Below are positions 13,572-25,664 of a stretch of 64,000 nt of DNA, piece by piece. Within the stretch, counting starts at the first letter, position 1, and each line of letters starts with the position of its first letter. This stretch comes from Octopus vulgaris. Lineage: Eukaryota. Location: positions 79,856,001 through 79,920,000 of the forward strand of contig OX597821.1 in NCBI GenBank assembly GCA_951406725.2, given 5' to 3'. Both the position numbers and the translations under genes were made by a program. Below the pieces are notes generated by a model that saw nothing but the letters and a program-made list of their open reading frames with translations, ran no database searches and was not told the origin of the DNA.

Positions 13572-13705
13572 GTCTGTCAGTCTGTCTGCCTGTCTGCCTG
13601 CCTGTTTGTCTGTCTGTATGTCTGTATGTATCTATCTATCTACCTCGCTATCAATCTATCTACATACGTACGTACGTGCTTACCTACCTACTTATCTATC
13701 TATAA

Positions 13706-13759
<54 letters not shown>

Positions 13760-13777
13760 ATATATATATATCTATCC

Positions 13778-13819
<42 letters not shown>

Positions 13820-13852
13820 TTGTCTCTGTCTGTCTATCTATCTGTTTATCTG

Positions 13853-13905
<53 letters not shown>

Positions 13906-13935
13906 TTATCTATCTATCTATATATCTATCTTATA
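13148..13935. repeat. Compound microsatellite (TATG)n/(TATC)n with an internal duplicated block
   Basis: Directly visible. Confidence 0.95.
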
Positions 13936-14484
13936 TATGCGTTAAGACATCTGTGTAGATTAAGGATGTCTCCCGTCTCTGTGTAAGCTTGTGTATGAGT
14001 GTACATGCTTGTACAGTAAGTGTGTATGTATACGCAATTCTGGCTATGACCGAATTTGAGTATTTGCATTCATGAATGCGTGCAAATGTTTATGTGCAAG
14101 CGTGCACCTGTGTATATGTATGTGTGTGCATGTGTGTGAAATAGAGGGAGAAAGCAAGGGGAAGAGAAAGGGAGAGCTGGTTTGTGTACATTAGTCTGAG
14201 ATTAGTTGTGTTTATTCACCTGGTGTATTTATTTATTTCCCTAAATCTAAAAGGGATATGTAGTGAAACATCAACAATAAATATTTCTATATGAAATGAT
14301 TAGGAAACAGCAACAGTAGCAGCAGTAGCAACAGTGAAAATAGTAGTAGTAGTAGTAGTAGTTGTTTTTGTTGTGATTGTGGTGTTGGTGGTAGCGGTAG
14401 TGATGGAGGGCGTAGAGAAAATGGCGGAGATTGAAGAGGGGAGTAACTTGAGAAAGGATGGGGAAGGATGTTTATGAAAATATC

Positions 14485-14639
14485 GGTGCATGGTAAAATG
14501 TTTGCTTCTCAGCCACGTGGTTCTGGGTTCAGTCCCACTGCGTGGCACCTTGGTTAGGTGTCTTCTGCTGTAGCCTCAGGCCGACCAAACTCATGGGAGT
14601 AGATTTGGTTGAAATAAACTGAAAGAAATCCGTCGTATG

Positions 14640-14693
<54 letters not shown>

Positions 14694-14890
14694 TCCTCCA
14701 CCACTGCTTGACAATCAGTGTTGGTGTGTTTACGTCCCTATAACTTAGTGGTTCGGCAAACGTGACCGATAGAATAAGTACCAGGCTTAAAAACAAATAA
14801 TATGCTCTAGGATCGATTTGTTCGACTAAAATTCTTCAAGGCGGTATCCCAGCATGGCCGCAGATAATGAATGGAACAAGTAATGGAAAA
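14485..14890 (+). mobile_element. SINE family A, diverged
   Basis: Head, internal (TG)n and tail all recognisable. Confidence 0.8.
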
Positions 14891-14984
14891 AAAGAGATAG
14901 AAGATTTACATACACATACACATGCAAGTACACAGATTCACTCAAGCACACAATGACGCCCATATATACATATATTTACATCGA

Positions 14985-15300
14985 ATGGCTCAGTGGTTTG
15001 AACGTCAGGCTCAAAATCATGAGATAGTGAGTTCGATTCCCAGACCGGGTTGTATGTTGTATTCTTGAGCAACATACATCGTTCCAGTTCACTCAGCTGT
15101 AGAAATGAGTTGTGACGTCACTGGTGCCAAGCTGTATCAGCCTTTGCTTTTCCCTTGGATAACATTGATGGCGTTGTAGAAAGGAGGCTGGTATATATGG
15201 GCGACTGCTGGTCTTCCATAAACAACCTTGCCCGGACTCGTGCCTGGGAGAGTAACTTTCTAGGTGTAATCCCAAGGTCATTCATGACCGGAGTGGGTTT
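14985..15300 (+). mobile_element. SINE family C
   Basis: A box TGGCTCAGTGG, B box GAGTTCGATTCC; homologous to the inverted copy at 15341-15670. Confidence 0.85.
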
Positions 15301-15340
15301 TTAATCTTTTACCCATTTATACGTATATGTTTGGAGGAGG

Positions 15341-15670
15341 AGACCCCCTTCGGTCATGACTGACCATAGGACTGCACATAGAAAGTTACCCTCTGTGGCA
15401 CAAGTCCGGGCAAGGTTGTTTATGGAAGGCCAGCAGTCGCCCAAGCATACCAGCCTCCCCTCTCCACACCACAGATGTTATCCAAGAGAAGAGACAAAGG
15501 CTGAAACAGCTTGGCACCAGTGATGTTGCAACTAATTTCTACAGTTGGGTTAACTGGAGCAACGTGAAATAAACGTCTTGCTCAAGAACACAACACGCAA
15601 CCCGGTCCGGGAATCGAACTCACAATCTCACGATCGTAAGCTAGGCGCTCCAACCACTGAGCCATGCGTC
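15341..15670 (-). mobile_element. SINE family C
   Basis: Reverse complement of 14985-15300. Confidence 0.85.
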
Positions 15671-16079
15671 ATCACTTATATTTCTATATGAAATGATTAG
15701 GAATGTACCATTCAAGCGTAAAGAAATACAAGTCACTTTGAGTGAATTCGGTAAACGAAAACTGTAAAAGCCTGTCGTGTGTGTGTGTTTTTGAGTTTGT
15801 GTATGTTCTTCCCAACTCTTGATAGTCGGCGTTGGTTTGCTTACGTCTTCGTAACTTAACATTTCGACCGAATGTGATCAAGAGAATATGTCCCAGACAT
15901 TGAAAAATTCTGGGGCTGGTTTGTTCGACTAAACATTTCGTTATGATCGTAGTCCAATGGGTGAAGCAAAGTGAAAAGTGAAAGGTAAAGGGTTTGTTTA
16001 CAAAACCATTTATACTTTTCTGAATCCGAATAAAGATATGTGTGTATGTGTATGCGTCTGTGTCTGTAAATGCGCGTAG

Positions 16080-16322
16080 AGACGCGTGGTTTAGTGGCTT
16101 GGCTGTCGGACTCCGGATCGTAAGATTGTAGTTTCGATTCGTGGACCGCTCAACGCGTTGTGTTCTTGAGCAAACGATTTCATTTCATGTTGCTCCAGTT
16201 CACTCAGCTGGGGAAAATGAGTAATCCTGCGACTGACCGGCGTCCCGTCCAGCTGGGGAATTTATGTGCCACGGAAACCAGGAAACCGGCCCTTATGAGT
16301 CAGCATGACTCGAGAAAGTAAC
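16080..16322 (+). mobile_element. SINE with family C-like head and a different tail
   Basis: tRNA boxes and CTTGAGCAA...CCAGTTCACTCAGCTG core; related copy at 31883-32135. Confidence 0.65.
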
Positions 16323-16390
16323 TCTAGTAACTTTTTGTAGATGTGCGTTTGTGTATAGGAATTCTGTCATACAAATATATATTTAAATAA

Positions 16391-16887
16391 AAATGATACA
16401 TTTCTAAATCTCTCAGAGAGATTTATGCAGTAGTGATACGATAAAGTAGTTGTATACTGTCAACTTAATGTGACAGTCCCATGAAAGGAATAATACTACT
16501 GCTATTTAGCCCTAGTTGACAGTATACAACTACTTTATCGTATCACTACTGCATAAATCTCCCTCAGAGATTTAGAAATGTATTATTTCTATTTTTGAAA
16601 TCAGTGAATGTATTTCACTAGAATAATTATATGTTTACAAGGGCTAGATAGGCATCTCCAACTAGCATGCCATGATACTCCAGACTTAAGACGAGCAATG
16701 ACTCAGAAACTAGTCTCTGGTGCTGGCTTAGCTGGGTGGGGTTGCTTATCTCCCCCTTGTAAACATAAGGACTCAGGAAATGTGTCAAGGTTGACAGGAA
16801 GCAGTGCTGTTTCCTAGGGCTAAATAGCAGTAGTATTATTCCCTTCATGGGACTGTCACATTAAGTTGATAGTATACAACTACTTTA
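16391..16887. repeat. Complex inverted-repeat element
   Basis: 16391-16465 is inverted at 16514-16588; 16443-16515 is inverted at 16814-16887. Confidence 0.85.
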
Positions 16888-17404
16888 ATATATATTTATC
16901 TATCCTTTAATCAGATAGGAATGCAGAACTTATGATTATTTACGGGGTTTCCTAGATTGATAGGAAAAAAGGAGCGAGATATCCTCAAATTGGAGACCTG
17001 GTGCAAATGTTTTCAACAAAGAAGATTCTGTTAACGATCCCAAAGGTACCAGTTGGTGGTGCTAAATCGCACCTGTTACGCGATTTGAACTCAGAACATA
17101 AAGAGCTGGAAAAAATATCGCAGGGTATCCCGGCCAAGGACCTTACATTTCAACCAATCCATTGCGTGGAATTGGTTAGTTTTCTTTTTATTGAACCTGG
17201 AAACGATGAACGTCACAGATCATCTTAGCGAGGTTTGATCTAAAGGCGAACATGACAAGACAAAATACAGTGAAGACTTTTGTCCGACACTTAAACAACC
17301 CTCTACTTTGTTGTTTGTGTCTATGTGTGTATGTCAGTGTGTACGCGTGTGTATGTTTACATCACGCGTGTGAATGAGTGTCAATATGTATGTCTGTGTG
17401 TTAA

Positions 17405-17979
17405 GGCGGCGAGTTGGCAGAAACGTTAGCACGTCGGGCGAAATGCTTTGCGGCATTTCGTCTGCTGCTACGTTCTGAGTTCAAATTCCGCGGAAGTCGA
17501 CTCTGCCTTTCATCCTTTCAGGGTCGATAAATTAAGTACTGGTTACGCATTGGGGTCGATATAATCGACTTAATACCTTTGTCTGTTCTTGTTTGTCCCC
17601 TCTGTGTTTAGCTCCTTGTGGGTAATATGGAAATAGGTATTTCATCTGCCGCTACGTTCTGAGTTCAAATTCCGCCAAAGTCGACTTTGCCTTTCATCCT
17701 TTCGGGGTCGATTAAATAAGTACCAGTTACGGACTGGAGTCGATATAATCGACTTAATCCGTTTGTCTGTCCTTGTTTGTCCCCTCTGTGTGTAACCCCT
17801 TGTGGGCAGTAAAGTAATAGGTATTTCGTCTGCTGTTACGTTCTGAGTTCAAATTCCGCCGAGGTCTATTTTGCCTTTCGGAGTCGATAATTTAAGTAAC
17901 AGTTGCGTACTGGGGACGATCTAATCGACTGGCCCCCTCCCCCAAAACGTTGGGACTTGTGCCTAGGGTAGAAAAGAAT
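17405..17979 (+). mobile_element. SINE family D, trimeric
   Basis: Head GGCGGCGAGTTGGCAGAA, units of about 184 bp restarting at 17636 and 17820, tail CTTGTGCCTAGGGTAGAAAAG. Confidence 0.9.
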
Positions 17980-18197
17980 ATGTATGTCAGTGCGTATGCA
18001 TGCGCGCTTGTGTATGTAAGTCTGTGTGATTGTGTGTGTACGTGTGTGTCTGTTTATATGCGTGTGTTGTCTTGAGTGAAAGTCATACCATATAGTGTAC
18101 CTGCGTAGGTATGTCAATATGTACAAATGTATGTAAGTGCTGTTTGTGTGTGTATATATGTATGATTATAGGTATGTTTATATATATATATACACAC

Positions 18198-18231
<34 letters not shown>

Positions 18232-18246
18232 ATATGTATACATACA

Positions 18247-18292
<46 letters not shown>

Positions 18293-18695
18293 TATGTTTG
18301 TGTGCGTATATATATATATAGATATACAAGTATGTGTATCTACGTATGTATATATGTGTGCACGCACACTTGAGTGTATACAGACGTGTGTGTGTCTGAG
18401 TGTATGCGTCCGTTTGAGCGTGAGTGTATGTATGCGTCTGAGTATGCGTGTTTACCAGCACAGCTGTGTACATACAGTACACACGCGCGCTTACACACAT
18501 ACATACACACACACACGCACACTCGCGCACACATACGCATATCCACTTGGTAAGCTGTAGGCGTGGTAAGTGTGCGGATGTGACCAGCGGAAAACTCCGT
18601 GCGTGAGAGCTTGACTGCTATGACGAAGCAGAAACAAAATTCTATTGACAGGGTCTTACCACAACTTCTCACACTGAAGGTGAGAAGAGATGTAG

Positions 18696-18763
<68 letters not shown>

Positions 18764-19592
18764 GATGGTGGCAGTAGCAAGAATAAAATGATGAGGTCGA
18801 CGACGGCAGCGCGGCGATGATGACGAGAGTGGCGGCGGCGCGGTTGGTGACGTTAATAAATTCTTTTTGTGCCTTTTTCTTTGCCACAAGGGTGAGAAAT
18901 AAGGGTAATACAAGGACGGATTAGAAAACGTTGGACAGGGTTGAGTAATGCCCACCCCACCCACCACGCCAACTACATGACGACGAACAAGTCGTTATTT
19001 ATTAGCTGCAAAGAGAAGGCAGCGAGTTGGTCGAGTGGTTAGCACGCCCGACAGAGGGCTATTCAGCAATTCGTTCGTCTTTCCTTACAGAGATCAAATG
19101 CCACCGAGGCTGTCTTTGCCTCTCACCTTTCGGGGTTAGTGAAAGAAGTACCAATCGGGGTCATTGTAGTCGACTCGCTCTCTCCCACCATCTATCCATC
19201 CATCCATCCATCCATCCATCCATCCATACGTACATAGTCAAACAAAAACTGGAATATGGGATAGCATTTTAATTCTGGGTTACACGTGTTTCAGTGCAAT
19301 ATACGAAATACATTTTATGAATATTAATGCTAATATAATTAGAATAAATTCATAATAGTAACATACACAGAATATGCAGATATGCTTCATGAAGACACAG
19401 CTCATATTATACTCCTTTCTATATACTATATATACGTATATACACATGAACACATACATACATATTATACAAGGTGGTACTCCATGCTGGAGATATAGGT
19501 GAAGACACATATCCAAGGTGCCACGCAGGGGGACTGAACCCGGAAACATTTGGTAGGGAAGCTAGCTTCTTTATCACACAGCCACGCCTGCG

Positions 19593-19633
<41 letters not shown>

Positions 19634-19650
19634 ATGAGTATATATATATG

Positions 19651-19684
<34 letters not shown>

Positions 19685-19722
19685 TGCATACATATATATA
19701 TATATACATACATATACATACA

Positions 19723-19835
19723 TAGCCGAAATTGCGAGGATGATCCGGTTCTTGACTGAAGATTAGAGGCTTCGAATCGTCTATTTGAATGTTTTGCGTT
19801 CTTGTCCCTTTTTGTATTTTTGTATATATTTTTTA
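19723..19835 (+). mobile_element. Solo fragment of the terminal repeat of the 852-bp-unit element
   Basis: Reverse-complement similarity to 35725-35860; flanked by microsatellites. Confidence 0.85.
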
Positions 19836-19869
19836 TACATACATATATATATATATATGCATGAGTGTG

Positions 19870-20130
19870 TGTATGTTTGCTTGTCTTTGTTTGTTCCCCC
19901 AACATCACTTGACAACCGATGCTGGTGTGTTTACGTCCCCATAACTTACCGGTTCGGCAAAAGAGAGCGATAGAATAAGTACTAGGCTTACAAAGAATAA
20001 GTCTACCAAATCCGCCACACAAGGCTTTGGTCAAGCCGCGCCATTTGTAAAAGAAACTTATCCAAGGCGCATCGGGACTCAACATGGATACACGTAGTTT
20101 GGAAGCAAACTTGTTACCACATAGTCACAC
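19870..20130. mobile_element. Rearranged SINE family A: plus-strand tail half fused to minus-strand head half
   Basis: Orientation switches at 20001-20003 (AAGAATAA-GTC-TACCAAATCC). Confidence 0.75.
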
Positions 20131-20155
20131 CTATACACAGGTATATACATACACA

Positions 20156-20223
<68 letters not shown>

Positions 20224-20344
20224 CATGTATATATGTATATGTGTATATATATACATATATATATACACATAAGTATACACATACATACATATACATACAC
20301 ACATACACACACACACACACACATACACACACACATATATGTAT

Positions 20345-20440
20345 GCAAAGAGTGTAGGCTCGAAACGTAAAAGACTTTCTCAATTTCACGAGCGACACCT
20401 ACTTGTTGTTCAAACGCCTGTATTCATCTTTTTTTTTCTG
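20345..20440 (+). mobile_element. Family E fragment, hammerhead core degenerate
   Basis: AGAGTGTAGGCTCGAAACGTAAAAGAC matches the other copies. Confidence 0.6.
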
Positions 20441-20522
20441 TATACGTATGTATGTATGTATGTATGTATGTATGTATGTATGTATGCATGTATATATATA
20501 AACATATATATATATATTTATA

Positions 20523-20579
<57 letters not shown>

Positions 20580-20596
20580 ATATATATACAGGTATA

Positions 20597-21884
20597 CATG
20601 TGTCAGACGAAATAATGGAAACGCCTAGCATCATAGCATCATAATTTTGAAATATCTATAAAACTGTCAAAAGCTTGTTTATTTATATCTTTTTTATTTA
20701 TTATTAGTGTTGCTTAATATGTTTTGCTAGAATTGTTGATTCTTTTCAGATATCATCAGAAAAAAGTAATTAAAATTCATTAAAATGACAAATCTATCGG
20801 ATTTTCAAAGACGTCAAATTGTTGGTGCTCGTATAGCAGGCTGTAGCAGAATGAAAACAGCCGAAATGTTTGGCGTATCAAGAAGTACTGTCTTGAAAGC
20901 CTTTGAGAAAGAGGGAAACCTCCTCGTCGAAACAAAACGCCGGAAAGAAACCAAACTTTCAGACAGGGACCGTCGGACTCTTACGCGAATTGTTAGAAAT
21001 GATTACAAAAGTACAGCTCCCAAAATTACTATAGAGCTTAATGACCACCTCGAGAACCCAATTACCAAAAAAAAAAGAAAAAAAATCTGTTCACTGGGAG
21101 CTGCAGAAAGCCAGATTTCACGGGAGGGCTGCAATCAGAAAACCACTACTTTCAAAAACAAACGTTGCAAAGCGTTTAGATGGAGTAAAAACCTACGGGA
21201 TTGGTCCCTAGATCAGTGGAAGAATGTTATTTTCCCGGACGAGTCATCTTTTACCTTATTTCCGACCATCGGCCAGTATACATGTGGAGACAGCCAAAAG
21301 AAGCATTTGACCCAGACTGTCTCCTTCCAACTGTCAAACATAGAGGAGGATCTGTGATGAGCTGGTGGTGGTGGTGGTGGTGGGGTCTATATCTTGGAAA
21401 TCTGTTGGTCCAATGGATTCTCTTCATGTTAGAATTAATAGTCAAGACTATTTAAGCATTTTATCTGATCAAATTCATACTATGGTTGCGGAACTGTTTC
21501 CGGAGGGAAACGCAATCTTTCAGTATAATAATGTACCAATTCACACAGCTAAAGTTGTTACTGAATGGCACGAGAAACATTCTAGTGGAGTTGAACATCT
21601 TATCTGGCCACCACAGTCCCCAGAGCTCAATATTATTGAACATTTATGGTGCATTTTAGAAAAACGAGTAAGGAGTCGATAACCTCCACCATCATTCTTA
21701 CAAGAACTGGAGACTGTTTTAGCTGAAGAATTGACAAATATTCCTTTGGAAACAATTCAAACTTTGTACGAGTTCATACCTCGTAGAATTCAAGCTGTAA
21801 TTACTGCCTAAGGCGGTCCTACCCGATATCAAAATAAATTTCTTTGAAATTTTAAGGTGTTTCCATTATTTTGTCCACCTGCTG
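20597..21884 (+). mobile_element. Tc1-family DNA transposon, full length, decayed
   Basis: Imperfect TIRs of about 30 bp (CA..GAC.AAATAATGGAAAC.CCT) flanked by TA; transposase inside. Confidence 0.92.
20785..21831 (+). pseudogene. Tc1 transposase pseudogene
   Basis: HTH N-terminus, WKNVIFPDESSF, PTVKHRGGSVM, IFQYNNVPIH (normally FQDDNAP.H), WPPQSPELNIIEHLW; several frameshifts and stops. Confidence 0.92.
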
Positions 21885-21914
21885 TATATATATATATATA
21901 CACACATACATACA

Positions 21915-21991
<77 letters not shown>

Positions 21992-22011
21992 ATATATATA
22001 TATACATATAA

Positions 22012-22093
<82 letters not shown>

Positions 22094-22094
22094 G

Positions 22095-22312
22095 CTTGTG
22101 TGTCTGTGTTTGTCCCGCTTGTCCCGCCCCCATCGCTTGACAACCGATGTTGGTGTGTTTACGTTCCTGTAACTTACCGGTTCAGCAAAAAGAGACCGAT
22201 AGAATAAATATTAAGCTTAGAAATAATAAGTCCTGGGATCGATTAGTTTGACTAAAGGCGGTGCCCCGGCATGGCCGCAGTCAAATGAGTGAAAAAATAA
22301 ATGAATAAAAGA
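22095..22312 (+). mobile_element. SINE family A, 3' half
   Basis: Matches the tail half of full copies. Confidence 0.8.
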
Positions 22313-22596
22313 ATATATATATATATATAAGACTTGCTAGTAAATGTCGGGCAGTAGCCATCGCCAGACAGTAACTAAGAAAGAAAAGATAAACCAAAAA
22401 CAATGTCCGGTTTCTTATTGAGGAAACGTCCGTCTCTTCTCTTTCTCAATGCACAGCGTCGTCACTTGGTTCTTGTTCCGGCTTTGTTTCTTACCCGCTT
22501 CTCAGACGTCACTGGATTCACAAACTTCTTGCAATGACGTCATCTTCTTTCGTAATACATTTTAATCTCTTGCAGCCTGATGTACGAGTCTGTGTG

Positions 22597-22650
<54 letters not shown>

Positions 22651-22775
22651 CGTGTGTGTGTGCGTGTGTGTGTGTGTGTGTGTGCGTGTGTATGTGTGTG
22701 TTAGTTAGTTAATTTGGCTCAAAAGCAAATAGCAAGGCCATGTAGGGGGACATGGAGTTAAGTACAGGGTGGTGT

Positions 22776-25664
22776 TCATGTAAAGAGTTCAGGCCACTTG
22801 AGGTCAAGGGAGGCTTTGAACAAAGCGGTCGTCGGCATCTTCACCATCTCGTCTGGCAGCTTGTTCCACGGATCCGCAACCCGGACGGAGAAAGCTCCTC
22901 TCCTTCGATTGAGATGAAATCGTCGCAGGTAGAGCTTTTCGGAATGACCCCGCAGCCGACGCTCTGGAGCAGGAGTGAAGAACAGCTCTTTCGAGAAGTT
23001 ACACTTTCCGCTTATGATGTTGTGGGCGAGAATGAGATCACCACGGCGGCGGCGTTTTTCTAGAGAATAAACGTCGAGCGTCCTTAGCCTTTCTTCATAG
23101 GACAAATTTTGAGACCATGAACCATGCGGGTAGCCAGCTTCTGGTCTCTTTCGAGATGCTGTATGTCTTTGAGGAGATAAGGAGAAGAGGCTTGAATCCC
23201 GTACTCCAATATGGGTCTCACCAGCGTGACATAGAGTGGTAGGAATATGGCTGCTGTGAGCATTCCGAATGACAGTCGAATCAAGAACAGAATTCCGCGT
23301 GCTTTTTTGGCAGCATGGACGCACTGGGCCGAAGGCGAAAAGGAGGAATCCACCAAGACACCCATGTCCTTTACCTGATCGGTCCTCTCCAGCAGCAGAC
23401 GACCCGGCTCAAAATCAAGTTGAGTTGTAGGAGGAGAGCCAACAGGCATATGACAGCACTTTGACACGTTCAGACACAGGTCCCATTCGTTAGACCACCT
23501 CCAAATTTGGTGGAGGCATCGACGAAGATCCTCTATATCACCGCGAGGAGCGACCAGTTTGACATCGTCGGCAAATAGAAGGGTGTGTTGCGTGAGGTCG
23601 TCAGGCAAGTCATTTATGAAGACTAAGAACAATAAGGGCCCAAGCACTGAACCTTGAGGCACGCCACTGCTCGCACTGGAGACGTCGGACCGCGAGCCAT
23701 TAACTTGGACTTGGAAGGAGCGATCTGAGAGGAAGGCACCAACCCATCGTACAATATCCGGATGGAAACTATATGCTTGAAGCTTGACAAGTAATAGGCG
23801 GTGGTTTATCGAGTCAAAAGCTTTGGCAAAGTCCAATAAAACGATGTCAACAGCATCACTATCATCGAGGATGCGCGTCACCAATTCTTCCATTACCAGT
23901 AAGATGGTCAAGCATGATCTCTTCGGCACGAAGCCGTGTTGGGATTCAGAGATAGAGGCTGTGTTTTGGAGGTGGAGCATCATACTTTTCTTAAGGATGG
24001 TTTCGAACATCTTGCTGATTATTGATGTAAGGGAAACCGGTCGGTAGTTAAGCGAGTCTTCGCGGCTCCCTTTCTGGAAAATTGGGCAGATTATCGCTGT
24101 TCTCCAGTCCGCAGGTATAACAACCCGTCGCCAATGACATATTGAATAGACGTGTTAAGGGCTCGCAGATGACCGGAGCCAACGCTTTGATAACCCGTGG
24201 GTGTATGCCGTCAGGGCCGTGACCCTTGTTGACATCGAGACCTTGAATAACACGTTTGACTTCGTCCCGCGTGATGACCAATCGAAACATTGGAGGTACC
24301 GATCTATCAAATGGAGTGGGTTCACGACCATCATCTTGTTTGAAAATAGTTGAAAAAGCCTCGGCAAATAATTGACTCTGTTGATAAGGGTCCTCAATCG
24401 ATACGCCTGTTGAGTCTACCAACGTTGCAATCTGGTTGTTCAAGCGGGAATTCCGTTGGACATGGGCAAAGAAGGTTTTTGGATTGCTACTGGCATTTGC
24501 CGCGATTTTGTATTCATAACTGAAGCGTTCTTCCTTTTCAATTTTCACGGCTCGGTCTCGTTGAGTTTTGTACACCTCGAAAGCTGCAGTCGAATCCAGA
24601 TTTTTGAATTCAGCACAAGCAATATCTCTGAGTCAAAGTTCTCGTTTAACCTTCTTCGTCACCCAGGGCTTGTGTTTCTTCTTCTTGGGAAGCCCAACGG
24701 GAACTGCCTGGTCAGTCAACCAGATTACATATGCTTTGAGGGATGACCATAGTTCATCAACTGAGGACAACGTCATCAGGGATCGCCAGTCCAGAAGCGC
24801 GGAAGCCTCGGTTAGAATTTCAAGATTAATTGCAGAGAAGACTCTACGTGGCAGCGAAGTAGTCGTGGGCGTAGAAAAAGTTGTGTGCATGACGAACTTC
24901 AGGACCGCATGATCACTCTTGGCAAGAGGGGCGCACACAGATACGTCTGACACTGATCTTGGATAGCGGGAGAATACCAGATCCAGCATAGATGGCTGCT
25001 GCCCAGACCGATGCCTTGTCGGATATTCAACATGTTGCGATAGAAAACAATCTTCAGCCACGTCAAGAAGGGCCTGGCCGAACCAGGAAGATGATGTACA
25101 AATTGATGCGGGCCAATCGATCGTGGGTGCGTTGAAGTCTCCTAATATCAAACAGTCATGCGAAGCTGAAACGAATCTTATCGCTTCGAGTAAATGAGCA
25201 TCGTCCTGGGGGTCGGCAAGAGGCGGCCTGTAGACAGCTAACACGGGCAGGCAAAACTCGGATAGGCGCAGCTTGCAATAGACGGCATCGAATTTTGTTG
25301 TAGGTTGAGCATTAGTGGGTAGAATACCGCTGGACGGTTTGTGATCAGATTTAACATACACAGCAACACCTCCACCTCGCCTTTTTTCTCTGTCACATCT
25401 GAAGAGGACGTAGCCCTGTAGGTAGGTTTCTGAGTCCTTTACTGCTGGAGTCAGCCAAGTCTCGGTGATAGCTATCACATCAGGGCAGTCACGTATGGCC
25501 AGTGTAAATAGTTCGCTGAACTTTGGAAATAAGGAGCACGAGTTGGTATAGACGATGCTGAGCTGTGAAGTTTGAGGGGCGGGAGTTGGGGAACAAGCAG
25601 AATAAGGGGTATCAGAGATAGCATCGTTGACGGGGGTATCTACTTTACTTCGATTCGCCCTCAA
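22776..25664 (-). pseudogene. LINE ORF2 (APE endonuclease and reverse transcriptase) with three frameshifts near 24640, 24120 and 23105
   Basis: IAITETW, LILGDFN, LDLVF, SDH; GPDGIHP, NYRPVSLTS, LDFAKAFD, GVPQGSVLGP, LFADD; CR1-type C-terminus SYEERL...SLEKRRRRGDLI...RGH...WNKLP. Confidence 0.93.

Noticed and set aside
22365-22440. GAAACGTC-CGTCT with upstream AGACAG, hammerhead-like
   Set aside because: No CUGANGA and no clear stem II.
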